Positions 39,375-50,722 of a stretch of 64,000 nt of DNA are shown here, piece after piece (the stretch's first letter is position 1; every line of letters starts with the position of its first letter). Origin of the DNA: Flavobacteriales bacterium. Its GTDB lineage: Bacteria > Bacteroidota > Bacteroidia > Flavobacteriales_F > PHOS-HE28. The stretch spans positions 2,369-66,368 of the forward strand of contig JBIIYP010000019.1 in NCBI GenBank assembly GCA_044346705.1, read 5' to 3'. The position numbers and the translations under genes are program-made. The notes under the pieces were generated by a model. That model worked only from the letters and a program-made list of their open reading frames with translations, did not search any database and had not been told where the DNA came from.

Positions 39375-42020
39375 ATGCTCACGTCCCAGCAGATCCGCCA
39401 GAAGTTCCTCGATCATTTCGCCAAGCACGGCCACGCCATCGTGCCCAGCGCCCCCATGGTGGTGAAGGATGATCCCACGCTGATGTTCACCAACGCGGGG
39501 ATGAACCAGTTCAAGGACCTCTTCCTGGGCAACCGCCCCGCCAAGGACAAGCGCATCGCCGACACGCAGAAGTGCCTGCGCGTCTCCGGTAAGCACAACG
39601 ACCTCGAGGAGGTGGGTATCGACACGTACCACCATACGATGTTCGAGATGCTCGGAAACTGGAGCTTCGGCGACTACTTCAAGAAGGAGGCGATCGCCTG
39701 GGCTTGGGAGCTGCTGGTGGACGTATACAAGATCGATCCCGCGAACATCTACGTCACCTACTTCGGAGGCGACGAGGCCGACAAGCTGCCCGCCGACACC
39801 GAAACGCGCGACCTGTGGCTGCAGTTCATGCCGGCCGAACGCATCCTGCCCTTCAGCCGCAAGGACAACTTCTGGGAGATGGGCGACACCGGCCCTTGCG
39901 GTCCGTGCACGGAGATCCACGTGGACGTGCGCACGGCGGAAGAGAAGGCCCGGCAGCCCGGCAAGGATCTCGTGAACAACGACCACCCGCAGGTCATCGA
40001 GATCTGGAACAACGTGTTCATGCAGTTCGAGCGCAAGGCCGATGGCTCATTGCACACGCTCCCCGCGCAGCACGTGGATACCGGCATGGGCTTCGAGCGC
40101 CTGTGCATGGTGCTGCAGGGAAAGCGCAGCAACTACGACACCGATGTGTTCCAGCCGCTGATCCAGGCACTGGCCAAGCGATGCGGGAAGACGTACGGTG
40201 GCACTTCCGCGATGCCGGGTCAAGGCCGGAGTGACAATGGTCAGGAGAAGGCCGACATCGCCATGCGCGTGATCGCCGATCACCTGCGCGCCATCAGCTT
40301 CGCGATCGCTGACGGACAGCTACCGAGCAATACCGGTGCGGGCTACGTGATCCGCAGGATCCTGCGTCGCGCCGTGCGCTATGGCTACAGCTTCCTCGGC
40401 TTCAACGAGCCCTTCATGCACGCCTTGGTGCCCGAGCTGGTGGCCCAGATGGGTGATCAGTTCCCCGAGCTGAAGAAGCAGCACAGCATCGTGGAGAACG
40501 TGATGCTGGAGGAGGAGAAGGCCTTCCTGCGCACACTGGAGCAGGGCACCAAACGCATCGAACAGGCCCTCGCGGAAAGCACGGGCGTACTGCCCGGCGA
40601 CAAGGCCTTCGAGCTGTTCGACACCTACGGTTTCCCCATCGACCTCACGCAGCTCATCGCGCGCGAACAGGGTCGGGATGTGGACATGCAAGGCTTCGAG
40701 GCCGAGCTGAAGAAGCAGAAGGACCGCAGCCGCGCGGCCACGGCCATCACCACCGGCGACTGGGTCGAGCTTGCACAGGGCGAAACGGCATTCGTTGGCT
40801 ACGATGAGCTGAAGACCACAGCTCGCATCCTTCGATACCGAAAGGTCAGCGGCAAAGGCGGGGACCAGTTCCAAGTAGTGTTGGACCGCACACCGTTCTA
40901 TCCGGAAGGGGGCGGCCAGGTCGGTGATCAGGGTTGGCTCGTGCAGGGCGATGATCAGGTGGAAGTGCTCGACACCAAGCGCGAGAACCAGCTGATCGTC
41001 CACTTCACCAAGGACCTGCCGAAGGACGTGAGCGCGCCGCTTACGGCTCAGGTGGACAGCACGCGGCGCGCGCTCACCATGCGCAACCACACGGCCACGC
41101 ACCTGCTGCACCATGCGCTGCGCAAGCACCTCGGCACGCACGTGGAACAGAAAGGCTCGCTCGTCGCGCCCGACCGCCTGCGCTTCGACATCAGCCACTT
41201 CGCCAAGGTGACCGCTGAGGAACTGGCCACCATCGAGCAAGAGGTGAACGCCATGATCACCGAGGACCTGGTGTTCGAGGACAAGCGCAACGTGCCCATC
41301 GCAGAGGCGAAGGCCATGGGTGCCATGGCGCTGTTCGGCGAGAAGTACGGCGACAACGTGCGCGTGGTGAAGTTCGGCCCGAGCGTGGAGCTTTGCGGCG
41401 GAACGCACGTGCCACGCACCGGTGTGATCGGCCCGTTCCGCATCGTGAGCGAGAGCGCACTGGCGGCCGGCATCCGGCGCATCGAGGCCATCACCAGCGT
41501 GGAGGCCGAGCGCATGATCAACGAGAAGCTCGCCAAGCTCGACGCCATCAACACGTTGCTGAAACACCCCACGGACCTGGTACAGACCGTGGAGAAGCTG
41601 GTGGAGCAGAACAATGCCCTCGCCAAGGAGCTCGAGAAGTTCGCCAAGGAGAAGGTGAAGGGCTATGCGGCTTCCCTTCCCGGCAAGGCCATCAGCAATG
41701 CGAAAGGCGTGAAGGTGCTCGTGGAGCAGCTCGACCTGGACGCGCAGAACCTGAAGGACCTGGGGTACCTGCTGCGCGAGCAGCACCCGGACCTGGCGTT
41801 CATCACCGGTTCAGTGATCGATGGCAAGCCCTTGCTGGCCGTTTCGTTGGGCAAGGCGTTCGCCGAGGCCACAGGCCTGAAGGCGGTCGACATCATCAAG
41901 CAGATCAGCCCCGAGATCAAGGGCGGCGGCGGCGGGCAGCCCGACTATGCCACGGCAGGGGGGAAGGAGCCTGCCGGTATGGCCAACGCCTTGAAGAAAG
42001 CCGAGGCGTTGCTGAGCTGA
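39375..42020 (+). CDS. alaS: Alanine--tRNA ligase.
   Basis: FTNAGMNQFK ... WSFGDYFKKEAI ... a C-terminal editing domain with HTATHLLHHALR ... CGGTHV. About 881 aa. Confidence 0.95.
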   Translation: MLTSQQIRQKFLDHFAKHGHAIVPSAPMVVKDDPTLMFTNAGMNQFKDLFLGNRPAKDKRIADTQKCLRVSGKHNDLEEVGIDTYHHTMFEMLGNWSFGDYFKKEAIAWAWELLVDVYKIDPANIYVTYFGGDEADKLPADTETRDLWLQFMPAERILPFSRKDNFWEMGDTGPCGPCTEIHVDVRTAEEKARQPGKDLVNNDHPQVIEIWNNVFMQFERKADGSLHTLPAQHVDTGMGFERLCMVLQGKRSNYDTDVFQPLIQALAKRCGKTYGGTSAMPGQGRSDNGQEKADIAMRVIADHLRAISFAIADGQLPSNTGAGYVIRRILRRAVRYGYSFLGFNEPFMHALVPELVAQMGDQFPELKKQHSIVENVMLEEEKAFLRTLEQGTKRIEQALAESTGVLPGDKAFELFDTYGFPIDLTQLIAREQGRDVDMQGFEAELKKQKDRSRAATAITTGDWVELAQGETAFVGYDELKTTARILRYRKVSGKGGDQFQVVLDRTPFYPEGGGQVGDQGWLVQGDDQVEVLDTKRENQLIVHFTKDLPKDVSAPLTAQVDSTRRALTMRNHTATHLLHHALRKHLGTHVEQKGSLVAPDRLRFDISHFAKVTAEELATIEQEVNAMITEDLVFEDKRNVPIAEAKAMGAMALFGEKYGDNVRVVKFGPSVELCGGTHVPRTGVIGPFRIVSESALAAGIRRIEAITSVEAERMINEKLAKLDAINTLLKHPTDLVQTVEKLVEQNNALAKELEKFAKEKVKGYAASLPGKAISNAKGVKVLVEQLDLDAQNLKDLGYLLREQHPDLAFITGSVIDGKPLLAVSLGKAFAEATGLKAVDIIKQISPEIKGGGGGQPDYATAGGKEPAGMANALKKAEALLS

Positions 42021-42038
42021 AGGAGCGGCATTCACGAG

Positions 42039-42066
42039 AAAGGCCGCCCTCGGGCGGCCTTTTCAA
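42039..42066 (+). terminator. Rho-independent terminator after alaS.
   Basis: aaggccgccc-tcg-ggcggcctt stem-loop followed by ttc/T-rich sequence, immediately 3' of the alaS stop. Confidence 0.6.
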
Positions 42067-42140
42067 TGATGGACAGACAAGTTGGCCACGACTCGTAAGG
42101 GGGTAGTAGTGCCTGTCGCCCCCACACGGCCCACCGGTGA

Positions 42141-42587
42141 TCAGGCGAGGCTAGGACGCGGCTTTAAAGGGCGGGCAGGCGGCGGTGCCATTGGTTTGCC
42201 ATGCACCGGACCCATGTAGCGGCTGTCGTAGCTCAAGCCCAGGTTCAGAATGTAGATGCCGTTGAAGAGCACCACAAGGATATAGTCCAGCATGGTGGTC
42301 TTGCCGAAGCTCTGGGCCACCTCGATCCACACCTTGGGCAGCAAGTAAAGCTGGCCATAGACGGGGATCAGGAAGAGCCACAGGTGGCTGGCGGGTCGTC
42401 CCACGATCTTCAGGAAGACGATGAAATTCCAGATCGGAACGACGGCAGCGACACCGGGCTGACCGGCCTTCTCGTACAACTTCCACTGCGCCATGATGGC
42501 GACTACGAACAACAGCCCCGCTCCGTAGAACAGGGCGTCTCCCAAGGTGGCGTAAAGCTGGTGGTAGATACTCGCTAACAGTTCCAT
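42141..42587 (-). CDS. Hypothetical small integral membrane protein (possibly DUF5684-like).
   Basis: Four hydrophobic helices with a Pro-rich C-terminal tail. No catalytic motif. Confidence 0.35.
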   Translation of the reverse strand: MELLASIYHQLYATLGDALFYGAGLLFVVAIMAQWKLYEKAGQPGVAAVVPIWNFIVFLKIVGRPASHLWLFLIPVYGQLYLLPKVWIEVAQSFGKTTMLDYILVVLFNGIYILNLGLSYDSRYMGPVHGKPMAPPPARPLKPRPSLA

Positions 42588-42775
42588 GGTCCTGGAGTAT
42601 TGGTTCGACAACAACGATTCCTTGCAGGGTCTCCTTCAAAGGACGAGACCCCGGGTGAAGGGTTGCCTCCCTTGATCCGTCCTGCATCCCCCGGGTCTTG
42701 TTAAGAACTCGGCCGGAGGCGGTTTCTCAAAAGGACCAACGGTCTGGGCCACAAGGGGAAAGGTGAAGCCAGTAC

Positions 42776-43951
<1,176 letters not shown>

Positions 43952-44300
43952 GGAAGGTGGGGATGTTGGTCGCATCGCCCGCCGAAGCGAGCGAAGGCGG
44001 GTCGATGATCAGGATCTTGGCCATGGGGTGTCCCGTAGGTGCGGCGCAAAGATGCAAGGACCGGGCCACGGTGACGGCAGGGCCATGACGCACGGACGAT
44101 CTTCATACCTTGGAACTAACGCTCTGCTGTTCGTCGGCCACGCCCACGGCTTGCATGGCTTGAGTCCCATGGAAAAAAGGCAACCGGGAACGGCGTACGC
44201 CGTCATCGTTCAGGAAAACCATCAACCTGCCATCATGAGGAGATCGACGATGTTGGTGCGAACGCTGCGTGAAGGATCGACCGGATGGCATCGGAACCGC

Positions 44301-47105
44301 ATGCCCATCTGGCGGGGGGTGATCGGCCTGCTCTGCACCGTGTTCCTTTCCGCCGCCAGCGCCCAGCGTCCTTTGGTGGGGCCGGCATCAAGCGTGATCG
44401 CTCCGGGTGCGGCAAGTGTCCTTTATTCGGACATGGAGGTCGATCCGGCCGGGAACCCGGTGGTCGCCTTTTCCGATGAGAGCCAGGGCGGCAAGGTCTC
44501 GGTGCGGCGCTGGGATGGTTCAACATGGGTGTTCATAGGCACCAGCGGAGCTTCCCCCGGAGCGGTCCAAGGACTGGACCTGGCCCTCACGGCGACCGGG
44601 GATCCGTTGTTGGCCTACAGCGATGCGACGAATGGGGGCAAGGCGACGGTGATCACATGGAACGGCAGCAGCTGGGCCGTGCTGGGCGTTCCGGGCTTCA
44701 CCACCGGTGCGGCCAGCCAGCTGGTGATGGAACTGGACAATGCCGGCCTGCCGGTGATGGCCTTTCAAGATGGCGCGAGCCAGAACAAGCTCTCCGTGGC
44801 GCGTTGGAACGGAACGGCCTGGGTGTTGGTCGGCGGGGCGGGTGTGTCACAGGGCACCGCCAACACACCTTCCCTGGTGCTCTCCGCGGTAGGTGATCCG
44901 CTCGTGGCATACCGCGACGGTGCGAACGCGAGCCGCACCACGGTGCTTCAATGGAACGGCTCGGCCTGGGCCGGCGTGGGCCCGGCCGGATTCACCACCG
45001 ATGCCAGTTCATGGCAACGGATCGGGCTGGACCCCGGCGGGGTGCCCTTGATCGCACGCAGGGATAACTTAAACGGTGTCGGCTCCTTCCACCGCTGGAA
45101 CGGGTCGGCCTGGGTGCATCAGGCGACCATGAACATGAATTCGCTGCAGCAGTGTGTGTGGAACAGTGCGGGCAACCCGGTGATCCAAGTGTCCGCTAAC
45201 GCGATCGCGGCATGGAACGGAACAAGCTGGCAGTGGCAACCTGCCGTTGCCCATTCCGGTTCATTCACCAGTGTGCGCTCCCTTGAGCTCGGCCCCGGCC
45301 AGTTGCCTGTGGTTCTGATCGCCGAGACCTACAACCCGGAGCCGGGTGTGGCCGGTATCAGGACCTTCCTCACGGTCATGCGCCTAGTGGGTGGCGTATG
45401 GGAAGGCTATGGGGCCGGGGCCAGGTTGGATGCAGGGGGGTCTGGCGGCTGCGCGCTGGCCATGGACGGTGCCTTCCCGGTGGTTGCCTTCAGCGACGGG
45501 GGCCAGGGCTCCAAGCTCACCGTGAAGCGCTGGGATGGCACGACCTGGAACGGCGTGGGTCCACCAGGGCTGTCCACCGGCGCAGCCTCCTCGGTCGATA
45601 TCCTGAAGCGGACGACCGACCTGCTGGTGGCGTACAGTGACCAGAGCCTCGGTGGGTACGGTACGGTCATGCGCTGGGATGGCACCAGCTGGAACGCGTT
45701 GGGTCCGCCGGGATTCACCGCGGCGGCCAGTTCGCAGCATCAGTTATTCATGAACGGCAGCACGCTGCTGCTCCTTTCGCGTGAGAACGGTGGCCTGGCG
45801 GTGCGCCAGTGGAACGGAACGTCTTGGGTCGCGCTTGGCAACCTGACCACCATGCCGCTCAGTGACCCCATGGTGCTCCCCGAGCTGGCCTACTTCGCGG
45901 GCCAGTTGTCCATCATCTATTCGCAGAACGGGCTGCTAAAAGTGGATGGCTGGACAGGGTCGGCGTGGGTGGGCATCGCCTCCTGGACGCCCGACCTGAA
46001 CTTGCTTGCCTTTGCGGTGGCGGGCTCCGATATCTATGTCAAGGATGGTATCGACGCCAAAGCACTTGTCTATAATGGCAGCGCGACGCTTCAGGAGGCT
46101 CCCCTGTTCACGGTGGTGCAGCCGATCCCGTACAATGGGTACTTCGGAGTCGCATATGGGGGGCAGGTCATCATCGCCAATCAGGGCGATTATTTGGCCA
46201 CCTATGTGAGTAATGGGTCCACATGGGGCAATGGGCCCTACTCTGGTTACGTGGTCGTTCCCAACTATCAAAGCCCCCTGAGCCGACGATGGACAGGTCA
46301 ATTTCAGGACAAGGTGTATTTCACCATTAATCGCGGGGGGCAGGTGTTCGTACATGAGTGCGACCTGTATCCGCGGGTGAACCTCAAGCTGCACCTGGGC
46401 GGGGCCTACAACGGGTCCAACTCCGAGATGACCACCTTGCTCCGCTCCCAGCCCGGCTTCCCGCTCACCGAGCCCTACACCGCGCTGGGCTTCACCCATG
46501 TGAACGGAGGTGGCGGGGAGTCCATCCCGGCATCCCTGCTCAGCAGCACCATCGTGGATTGGGTCTTATTGGAGCTGCGCAGCTCCACCAACACGGTACT
46601 GGCCACGAAGAGCTGCATCCTCTACGCCAATGGCCAGGTGCTTGCCGCGGACGGCGGTGAGGTCGCTTTCCCCGGGGTGTACACCGGGTTCTACAAGCTG
46701 GCGGTGCGCCATCGCAATCACCTGGGCGTGGTGGCGACCGGCCTGTGGATGAACGGGTCCATGGTGAATGTGGACCTGAGGCAGGGCAGCACGTCGGTAT
46801 TCGGCGCCAATGCGCGCAGGTACATCCAGCCTTCATGGTCGAGCCCGTTCTATTCGCTCTGGCCCGGTGACGCCACGGGTGATGGGGTGGTGAAGTACGT
46901 CGGTGCCGGAAACGACCGGGATGCGATCCTGATCGCGGTGGGCGGCGGCACGCCCTCCAACACAGTGAGCAATGTCTACGACCGCCGCGATGTGAACCTC
47001 GACGGGAGCATCAAGTACACCGGGGTCAACAACGACCGGGATGTGATCCTGCAGACCATCGGGGGCACAGTGCCGACGGCGACGCGGACGCAGCAAATGC
47101 CTTAG
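44301..47105 (+). CDS. Secreted repeat protein. About 49-aa WNG(S/T)xW-containing tandem repeats in the N-terminal region, with a C-terminal pair of dockerin/EF-hand-like Ca-binding loops.
   Basis: Signal peptide MPIWRGVIGLLCTVFLSAASAQ. At least 8 repeats of ... SD ... GGK ... V ... WNGSSW ... G ... GF.... The C-terminus has DATGDGVVKYVGAGNDRDAIL and DVNLDGSIKYTGVNNDRDVIL. Start uncertain (44235, 44250 or 44301). Confidence 0.55.
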   Translation: MPIWRGVIGLLCTVFLSAASAQRPLVGPASSVIAPGAASVLYSDMEVDPAGNPVVAFSDESQGGKVSVRRWDGSTWVFIGTSGASPGAVQGLDLALTATGDPLLAYSDATNGGKATVITWNGSSWAVLGVPGFTTGAASQLVMELDNAGLPVMAFQDGASQNKLSVARWNGTAWVLVGGAGVSQGTANTPSLVLSAVGDPLVAYRDGANASRTTVLQWNGSAWAGVGPAGFTTDASSWQRIGLDPGGVPLIARRDNLNGVGSFHRWNGSAWVHQATMNMNSLQQCVWNSAGNPVIQVSANAIAAWNGTSWQWQPAVAHSGSFTSVRSLELGPGQLPVVLIAETYNPEPGVAGIRTFLTVMRLVGGVWEGYGAGARLDAGGSGGCALAMDGAFPVVAFSDGGQGSKLTVKRWDGTTWNGVGPPGLSTGAASSVDILKRTTDLLVAYSDQSLGGYGTVMRWDGTSWNALGPPGFTAAASSQHQLFMNGSTLLLLSRENGGLAVRQWNGTSWVALGNLTTMPLSDPMVLPELAYFAGQLSIIYSQNGLLKVDGWTGSAWVGIASWTPDLNLLAFAVAGSDIYVKDGIDAKALVYNGSATLQEAPLFTVVQPIPYNGYFGVAYGGQVIIANQGDYLATYVSNGSTWGNGPYSGYVVVPNYQSPLSRRWTGQFQDKVYFTINRGGQVFVHECDLYPRVNLKLHLGGAYNGSNSEMTTLLRSQPGFPLTEPYTALGFTHVNGGGGESIPASLLSSTIVDWVLLELRSSTNTVLATKSCILYANGQVLAADGGEVAFPGVYTGFYKLAVRHRNHLGVVATGLWMNGSMVNVDLRQGSTSVFGANARRYIQPSWSSPFYSLWPGDATGDGVVKYVGAGNDRDAILIAVGGGTPSNTVSNVYDRRDVNLDGSIKYTGVNNDRDVILQTIGGTVPTATRTQQMP

Positions 47106-48067
47106 TGCGCCCGCCGCTTCCGCATGATCCCGGCCCGCACGTCCTTCACCGGGCTGAGCACCACGAAGGCGTTGGGGTCGATCTTCTCCACCTCGGCCAG
47201 GAAGCGGCCCATTTCCAGGCGGGTGAGCACGCAGAACAGGATGTCCACATCGTTGGCCTCGGCGCCCTTGGTGTATCCGCGTTTGCCGTTGTACACGGTG
47301 AGGCCGCGCCCCATGGTGTTCGCGATCATGTGCCGGATCTCCTCGTGGTGCGGGCTGATGATGGTGATGCCGGTGTATTCCTCAATGCCCTCCACCACCA
47401 TGTCGATGGTCTTGCTGGCCGCGAGGTAGGTGATCATGGCATAGAGCGCGGTCTCCACGTCGATCAGATACGCAGCAGCGCCGAAGATGAACACGTTGAT
47501 CACCATGATCACGTCGCCGATGGTGACGCCGATGCGGCGGCCCAGGGCGAGCGCCAGCACCTCGGTGCCATCGAGCACGCTGCCGCCACGCACCGCCAGC
47601 CCGATGCCCGCGCCCAGGAAGAACCCCCCGAAGACGGAGACCAGGAGCTTGTCGTGCGTGACCTCGGGGAAGTGGATGAAGGTGGTGGCCACCGCCAGGC
47701 CGACGATGGAGATGGCGGACCGCAGGGCGAAGGCACGCCCCACCCAGCGAAAGGCCATGTACAGGAACGGCATGTTGATCACCATCAACAGCACCGGGAA
47801 GGATAAGCCGGTCAGGCGCACGATCAGCAGGGCCACGCCGGTGGCACCGCCATCAAGAAATCCGTTCGGGATGAGGAAGCCCTCGAGCCCGAACGCGGCG
47901 GCGAGCACACCGAGGGTGATGAACACGGTGTCCTTCAACCCGCGGGCCGCGGTCACGCGCAGCGCCAGAAGCCGTTTCGCATGGGCGTATGCGGTGCGGT
48001 CGCCACGGAGCACCGCACGGGGTTCGGGCAAGGAGCGGATCAGCCGGTGCCGGAAGCTCTTCGACAT
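47102..48067 (-). CDS. YitT family membrane protein (DUF161 + DUF2179).
   Basis: Multi-TM N-terminal region and a C-terminal DUF2179-like domain (ITIISPHHEEIRHMI ... DILFCVLTRLE). Convergent stop-codon overlap with the upstream gene. Confidence 0.7.
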   Translation of the reverse strand: MSKSFRHRLIRSLPEPRAVLRGDRTAYAHAKRLLALRVTAARGLKDTVFITLGVLAAAFGLEGFLIPNGFLDGGATGVALLIVRLTGLSFPVLLMVINMPFLYMAFRWVGRAFALRSAISIVGLAVATTFIHFPEVTHDKLLVSVFGGFFLGAGIGLAVRGGSVLDGTEVLALALGRRIGVTIGDVIMVINVFIFGAAAYLIDVETALYAMITYLAASKTIDMVVEGIEEYTGITIISPHHEEIRHMIANTMGRGLTVYNGKRGYTKGAEANDVDILFCVLTRLEMGRFLAEVEKIDPNAFVVLSPVKDVRAGIMRKRRAH

Positions 48068-48090
48068 GCCGGCAAGATAGAAGCCTTCGC

Positions 48091-49014
48091 TCAGGTGCCG
48101 GCGAAAAGCCGGGCCGCCGCTCCTTCCTTCAGGGCGTAACGGCTCCAGCGCAGCTCCGTGATGCCGCGCATCAGCACCCGCTCGATGGAGATCAGGGCGT
48201 AGGGGATGGTGTCCACGCGGTATTCCGGAAGACCGGGCACCTGTAGCCGTTCGGCGCGTGGAAGGCCCATCAGGCGGTCCTTCAGGGCATCGAAGGCGAT
48301 GTGGTCGAAGGGCAGGGTCACCTCCTCCGCGGCCAGCGCGCGCCCGGTGCTGCCGGCGATCATGGCCGCCAGGGTGTCGAAGGATCCGGCGCTGCCCACG
48401 AGCGTGCCGGGCCAATGGCGGTCCATCACGGCCCACAGCGGCTCCAGGTGGAAGTCGAGGTGCTCGCCGATGCGGAGCTGGTCTGCGAAGGGCATGGGGT
48501 CGGTGGCCGGGAAGCGCTCGCGCAGGCGGGTCACGCCCAGCTCGAAGCTCTGCTTCCACATCAGGGCCTTGTCGGTGGCCAGGATGAACTCGATGCTTCC
48601 ACCGCCGATGTCCATCACCAGCATGGGCTTGGTGCCGAAGGGCACGGCCTGCCGCACGCCGTCCAGGATCAACGCCGCCTCCTCCCCGCCGGGGATCACG
48701 TCGATGGCGATGTCGAAGCGCTCGTGTGCCGCGCGCACGAATTCGCCTGCGTTGCGCGCGTTGCGCAGGGCCGAGGTGCCGAAGCCGCTGATGCGTTCCG
48801 CGCCCAGCGCGGAGGCCGTCGCCGCATAGCGTTCCAGGGCCTGCAGGCCACGCTCCATCGCTTCCGCCGTGATCACCCCCTGCTCGATCCCGCCCCGGCC
48901 CAGGTGCACGGGCTCCTCCGCGCTGTGCAGGATCCGCAGTGCGCCCGCGTCATCCCGCTCCGCCACCAGCAGGTTGAAGGTGTTGGTGCCGAGGTCGATG
49001 ATGGCTACCCGCAT
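48091..49014 (-). CDS. ppx: Exopolyphosphatase / guanosine pentaphosphate phosphohydrolase (Ppx/GppA family).
   Basis: MRVAIIDLGTNTFNLLVAE ... MDIGGGSIEF ... actin-like ASKHA motifs. Confidence 0.85.
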   Translation of the reverse strand: MRVAIIDLGTNTFNLLVAERDDAGALRILHSAEEPVHLGRGGIEQGVITAEAMERGLQALERYAATASALGAERISGFGTSALRNARNAGEFVRAAHERFDIAIDVIPGGEEAALILDGVRQAVPFGTKPMLVMDIGGGSIEFILATDKALMWKQSFELGVTRLRERFPATDPMPFADQLRIGEHLDFHLEPLWAVMDRHWPGTLVGSAGSFDTLAAMIAGSTGRALAAEEVTLPFDHIAFDALKDRLMGLPRAERLQVPGLPEYRVDTIPYALISIERVLMRGITELRWSRYALKEGAAARLFAGT

Positions 49015-49125
49015 GCTTTGGGAAGTTCAAAGTTCAAGGTTCGAAGTGTAAAGTGGAACCGTTCCAATACTTCGCACTTCATACTTCGCACTTTGAACTT
49101 CGCACTTCGCGCTTCGCACTTTCCT
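49015..49125. repeat. Imperfect palindrome of aagttcaaag / cttcgcactt decamers downstream of the ABC permease gene.
   Basis: Left arm aagttcaaagttcaaggttcgaagtg. Right arm cacttcatacttcgcactttgaacttcgcacttcg. Confidence 0.6.
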
Positions 49126-50487
49126 CTAGCCTTTATAGAACAGCCACTTCCCAAGCTCCTTCCAGGAGACCTTCTTGCCGTACATGAGGATGCCGGTGCG
49201 GTAGATGCGTCCGGCGAGCCAGGTGGTGCCGATGAAGGTGGCGACCAGGAGCGCCATGCTGAGCAGAAGTTCCCAAGGATGCTCGAAGGCGTTGCCCATG
49301 GCGATGCGGATCATCATTACGATGGGGGAGGTGAAGGGGAAGATGGAGAACCAGAAGACCGCCGGACCGTCGGGGTTCACGATGGCCGTCTGTGCGATGA
49401 AGATCGCGGCCACCATGGGCAGCATCACGGGCAGCATGAACTGCTGCGTGTCCGTCTCGTTGTCCACTGCCGCCCCGATGCTGGCGAAGAGCGAGCTGTA
49501 GAGCAGGTAGCCGAAGAGGAAGTAGAAGAGGAAGAGGAGGATGACGAGGGTGATCGGGGTCTCGTCGAGGATCTCCTTCATCACGGTGAAGCCCTCGCTG
49601 GCGGCGGAGGCGGGTCCGCTCTCCTGGGTGGGGTCGAAGCCCAGCTGCTGGGTGAGCTGCTCGCGGGCCTCGGCGGTCATGGGCTGGTCCAGGGGCAGCC
49701 CGGCGGTGGCCTGCTGGGTGATCTTGTCCTTGGCGGCCACCATCACACCGCCGGTGAGGGCCGTGCTGAGGATGATCCACAGGATGAACTGCACGAGGCC
49801 CACGAAGGCGATGCCGATGATCTTGCCCATCATCAGCTGGAAGGGTTTCACCGAGCTGATGAGCACCTCCACGATGCGGCTCTGCTTTTCCTCCATCACG
49901 CCACGCATCACCTGGACGCCATACATGAAGATGAAGAAGAACATGATGTAGCCCATGAAGAAGCCGATGGTGGCCTTGATCTGGTCGTAGCTGCGCTTGC
50001 CACCCTTGTCTATGTCGAAGAGCTGAACGGTCAGTGAGGTGTTGATCCTTCGGTAGGTCTCCGGGTCCAGGTCGTTCTCCTTGAGCTTGGCCTGCTCGAT
50101 GACCTTCTCGAGCTCGGCGCTCACCACGTTCTGGGTGGTCTGGCTGGGGTGGTCCTTGAAGAAGAACTGGACGGTGTTGTTGACGGTCACCTTCTCGTTC
50201 ACTTCCACCATCAGGGTGTAGGGCCCGGCCTTGAAGGCGGAGTCGCTGAGCTCTTCATACCGGTAGAAGAAATGGATGTCCTTGCCGTCCTTGAGCTGGT
50301 CGGTGACGAGTCGTGCCTTGTCGATGACCAGCACGTTCTGCGGACCGCTTTCCTGCATGCCGAGGAAGACCACCGCCGCGGTCCCACCTGCGATGAGCAA
50401 CGGGCCCAGGATGGTCATGATGATGAAGCTGGGCTTGCGCACGCGGGTGATGAACTCGCGCCAGATGATGAGCTTGATCTTGTCCAT
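49126..50487 (-). CDS. ABC-2 family transporter permease.
   Basis: 453 aa. N-terminal TM, a large extracytoplasmic loop, then five C-terminal TM helices, as in the ABC-2 / NatB-like permease architecture. Confidence 0.7.
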   Translation of the reverse strand: MDKIKLIIWREFITRVRKPSFIIMTILGPLLIAGGTAAVVFLGMQESGPQNVLVIDKARLVTDQLKDGKDIHFFYRYEELSDSAFKAGPYTLMVEVNEKVTVNNTVQFFFKDHPSQTTQNVVSAELEKVIEQAKLKENDLDPETYRRINTSLTVQLFDIDKGGKRSYDQIKATIGFFMGYIMFFFIFMYGVQVMRGVMEEKQSRIVEVLISSVKPFQLMMGKIIGIAFVGLVQFILWIILSTALTGGVMVAAKDKITQQATAGLPLDQPMTAEAREQLTQQLGFDPTQESGPASAASEGFTVMKEILDETPITLVILLFLFYFLFGYLLYSSLFASIGAAVDNETDTQQFMLPVMLPMVAAIFIAQTAIVNPDGPAVFWFSIFPFTSPIVMMIRIAMGNAFEHPWELLLSMALLVATFIGTTWLAGRIYRTGILMYGKKVSWKELGKWLFYKG

Positions 50488-50507
50488 GGTCCTGATGAGG
50501 TGGAGAA

Positions 50508-50722
50508 GTGCTAGAGTGCTAGAGTGCGAAGGTGCTATAGTGTGAAAGTGCTAAGGTGCTAAAGTGCGAAGGTGCTAGAGTGCTAGAGTGCGCAGGTGCT
50601 CTTGTGTGAAAGTGCTAAGTGCGAAGGTGATTTAGTGCGAAGGTGCTAGGGTGCAGCGGTGCTCGGGTGCAGCGGTGGTAGGGTGCCAGGGTGCAGCGTT
50701 GCCAGGGTGGGACAGTGCGGGT
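50508..50722. repeat. Period-8 tandem array (~27 copies, consensus TGCTAGAG/TGCGAAGG) lying between the ABC ATPase and permease genes of one operon.
   Basis: Directly visible: gtgctagag tgctagag tgcgaagg tgctatag tgtgaaag tgctaagg .... The 8-nt period cannot be coding. Confidence 0.8.

Noticed and set aside
38219-39472. 417-aa plus-strand ORF.
   Set aside because: It is antisense to the M23 peptidase gene.
40320-41786. 488-aa minus-strand ORF.
   Set aside because: It is antisense to alaS.
42067-42140. Checked the alaS-downstream spacer and other intergenic gaps for tRNA genes.
   Set aside because: No T-loop (GTTCRANYC) or cloverleaf-compatible sequence was seen. No tRNA or rRNA genes are evident in the window.
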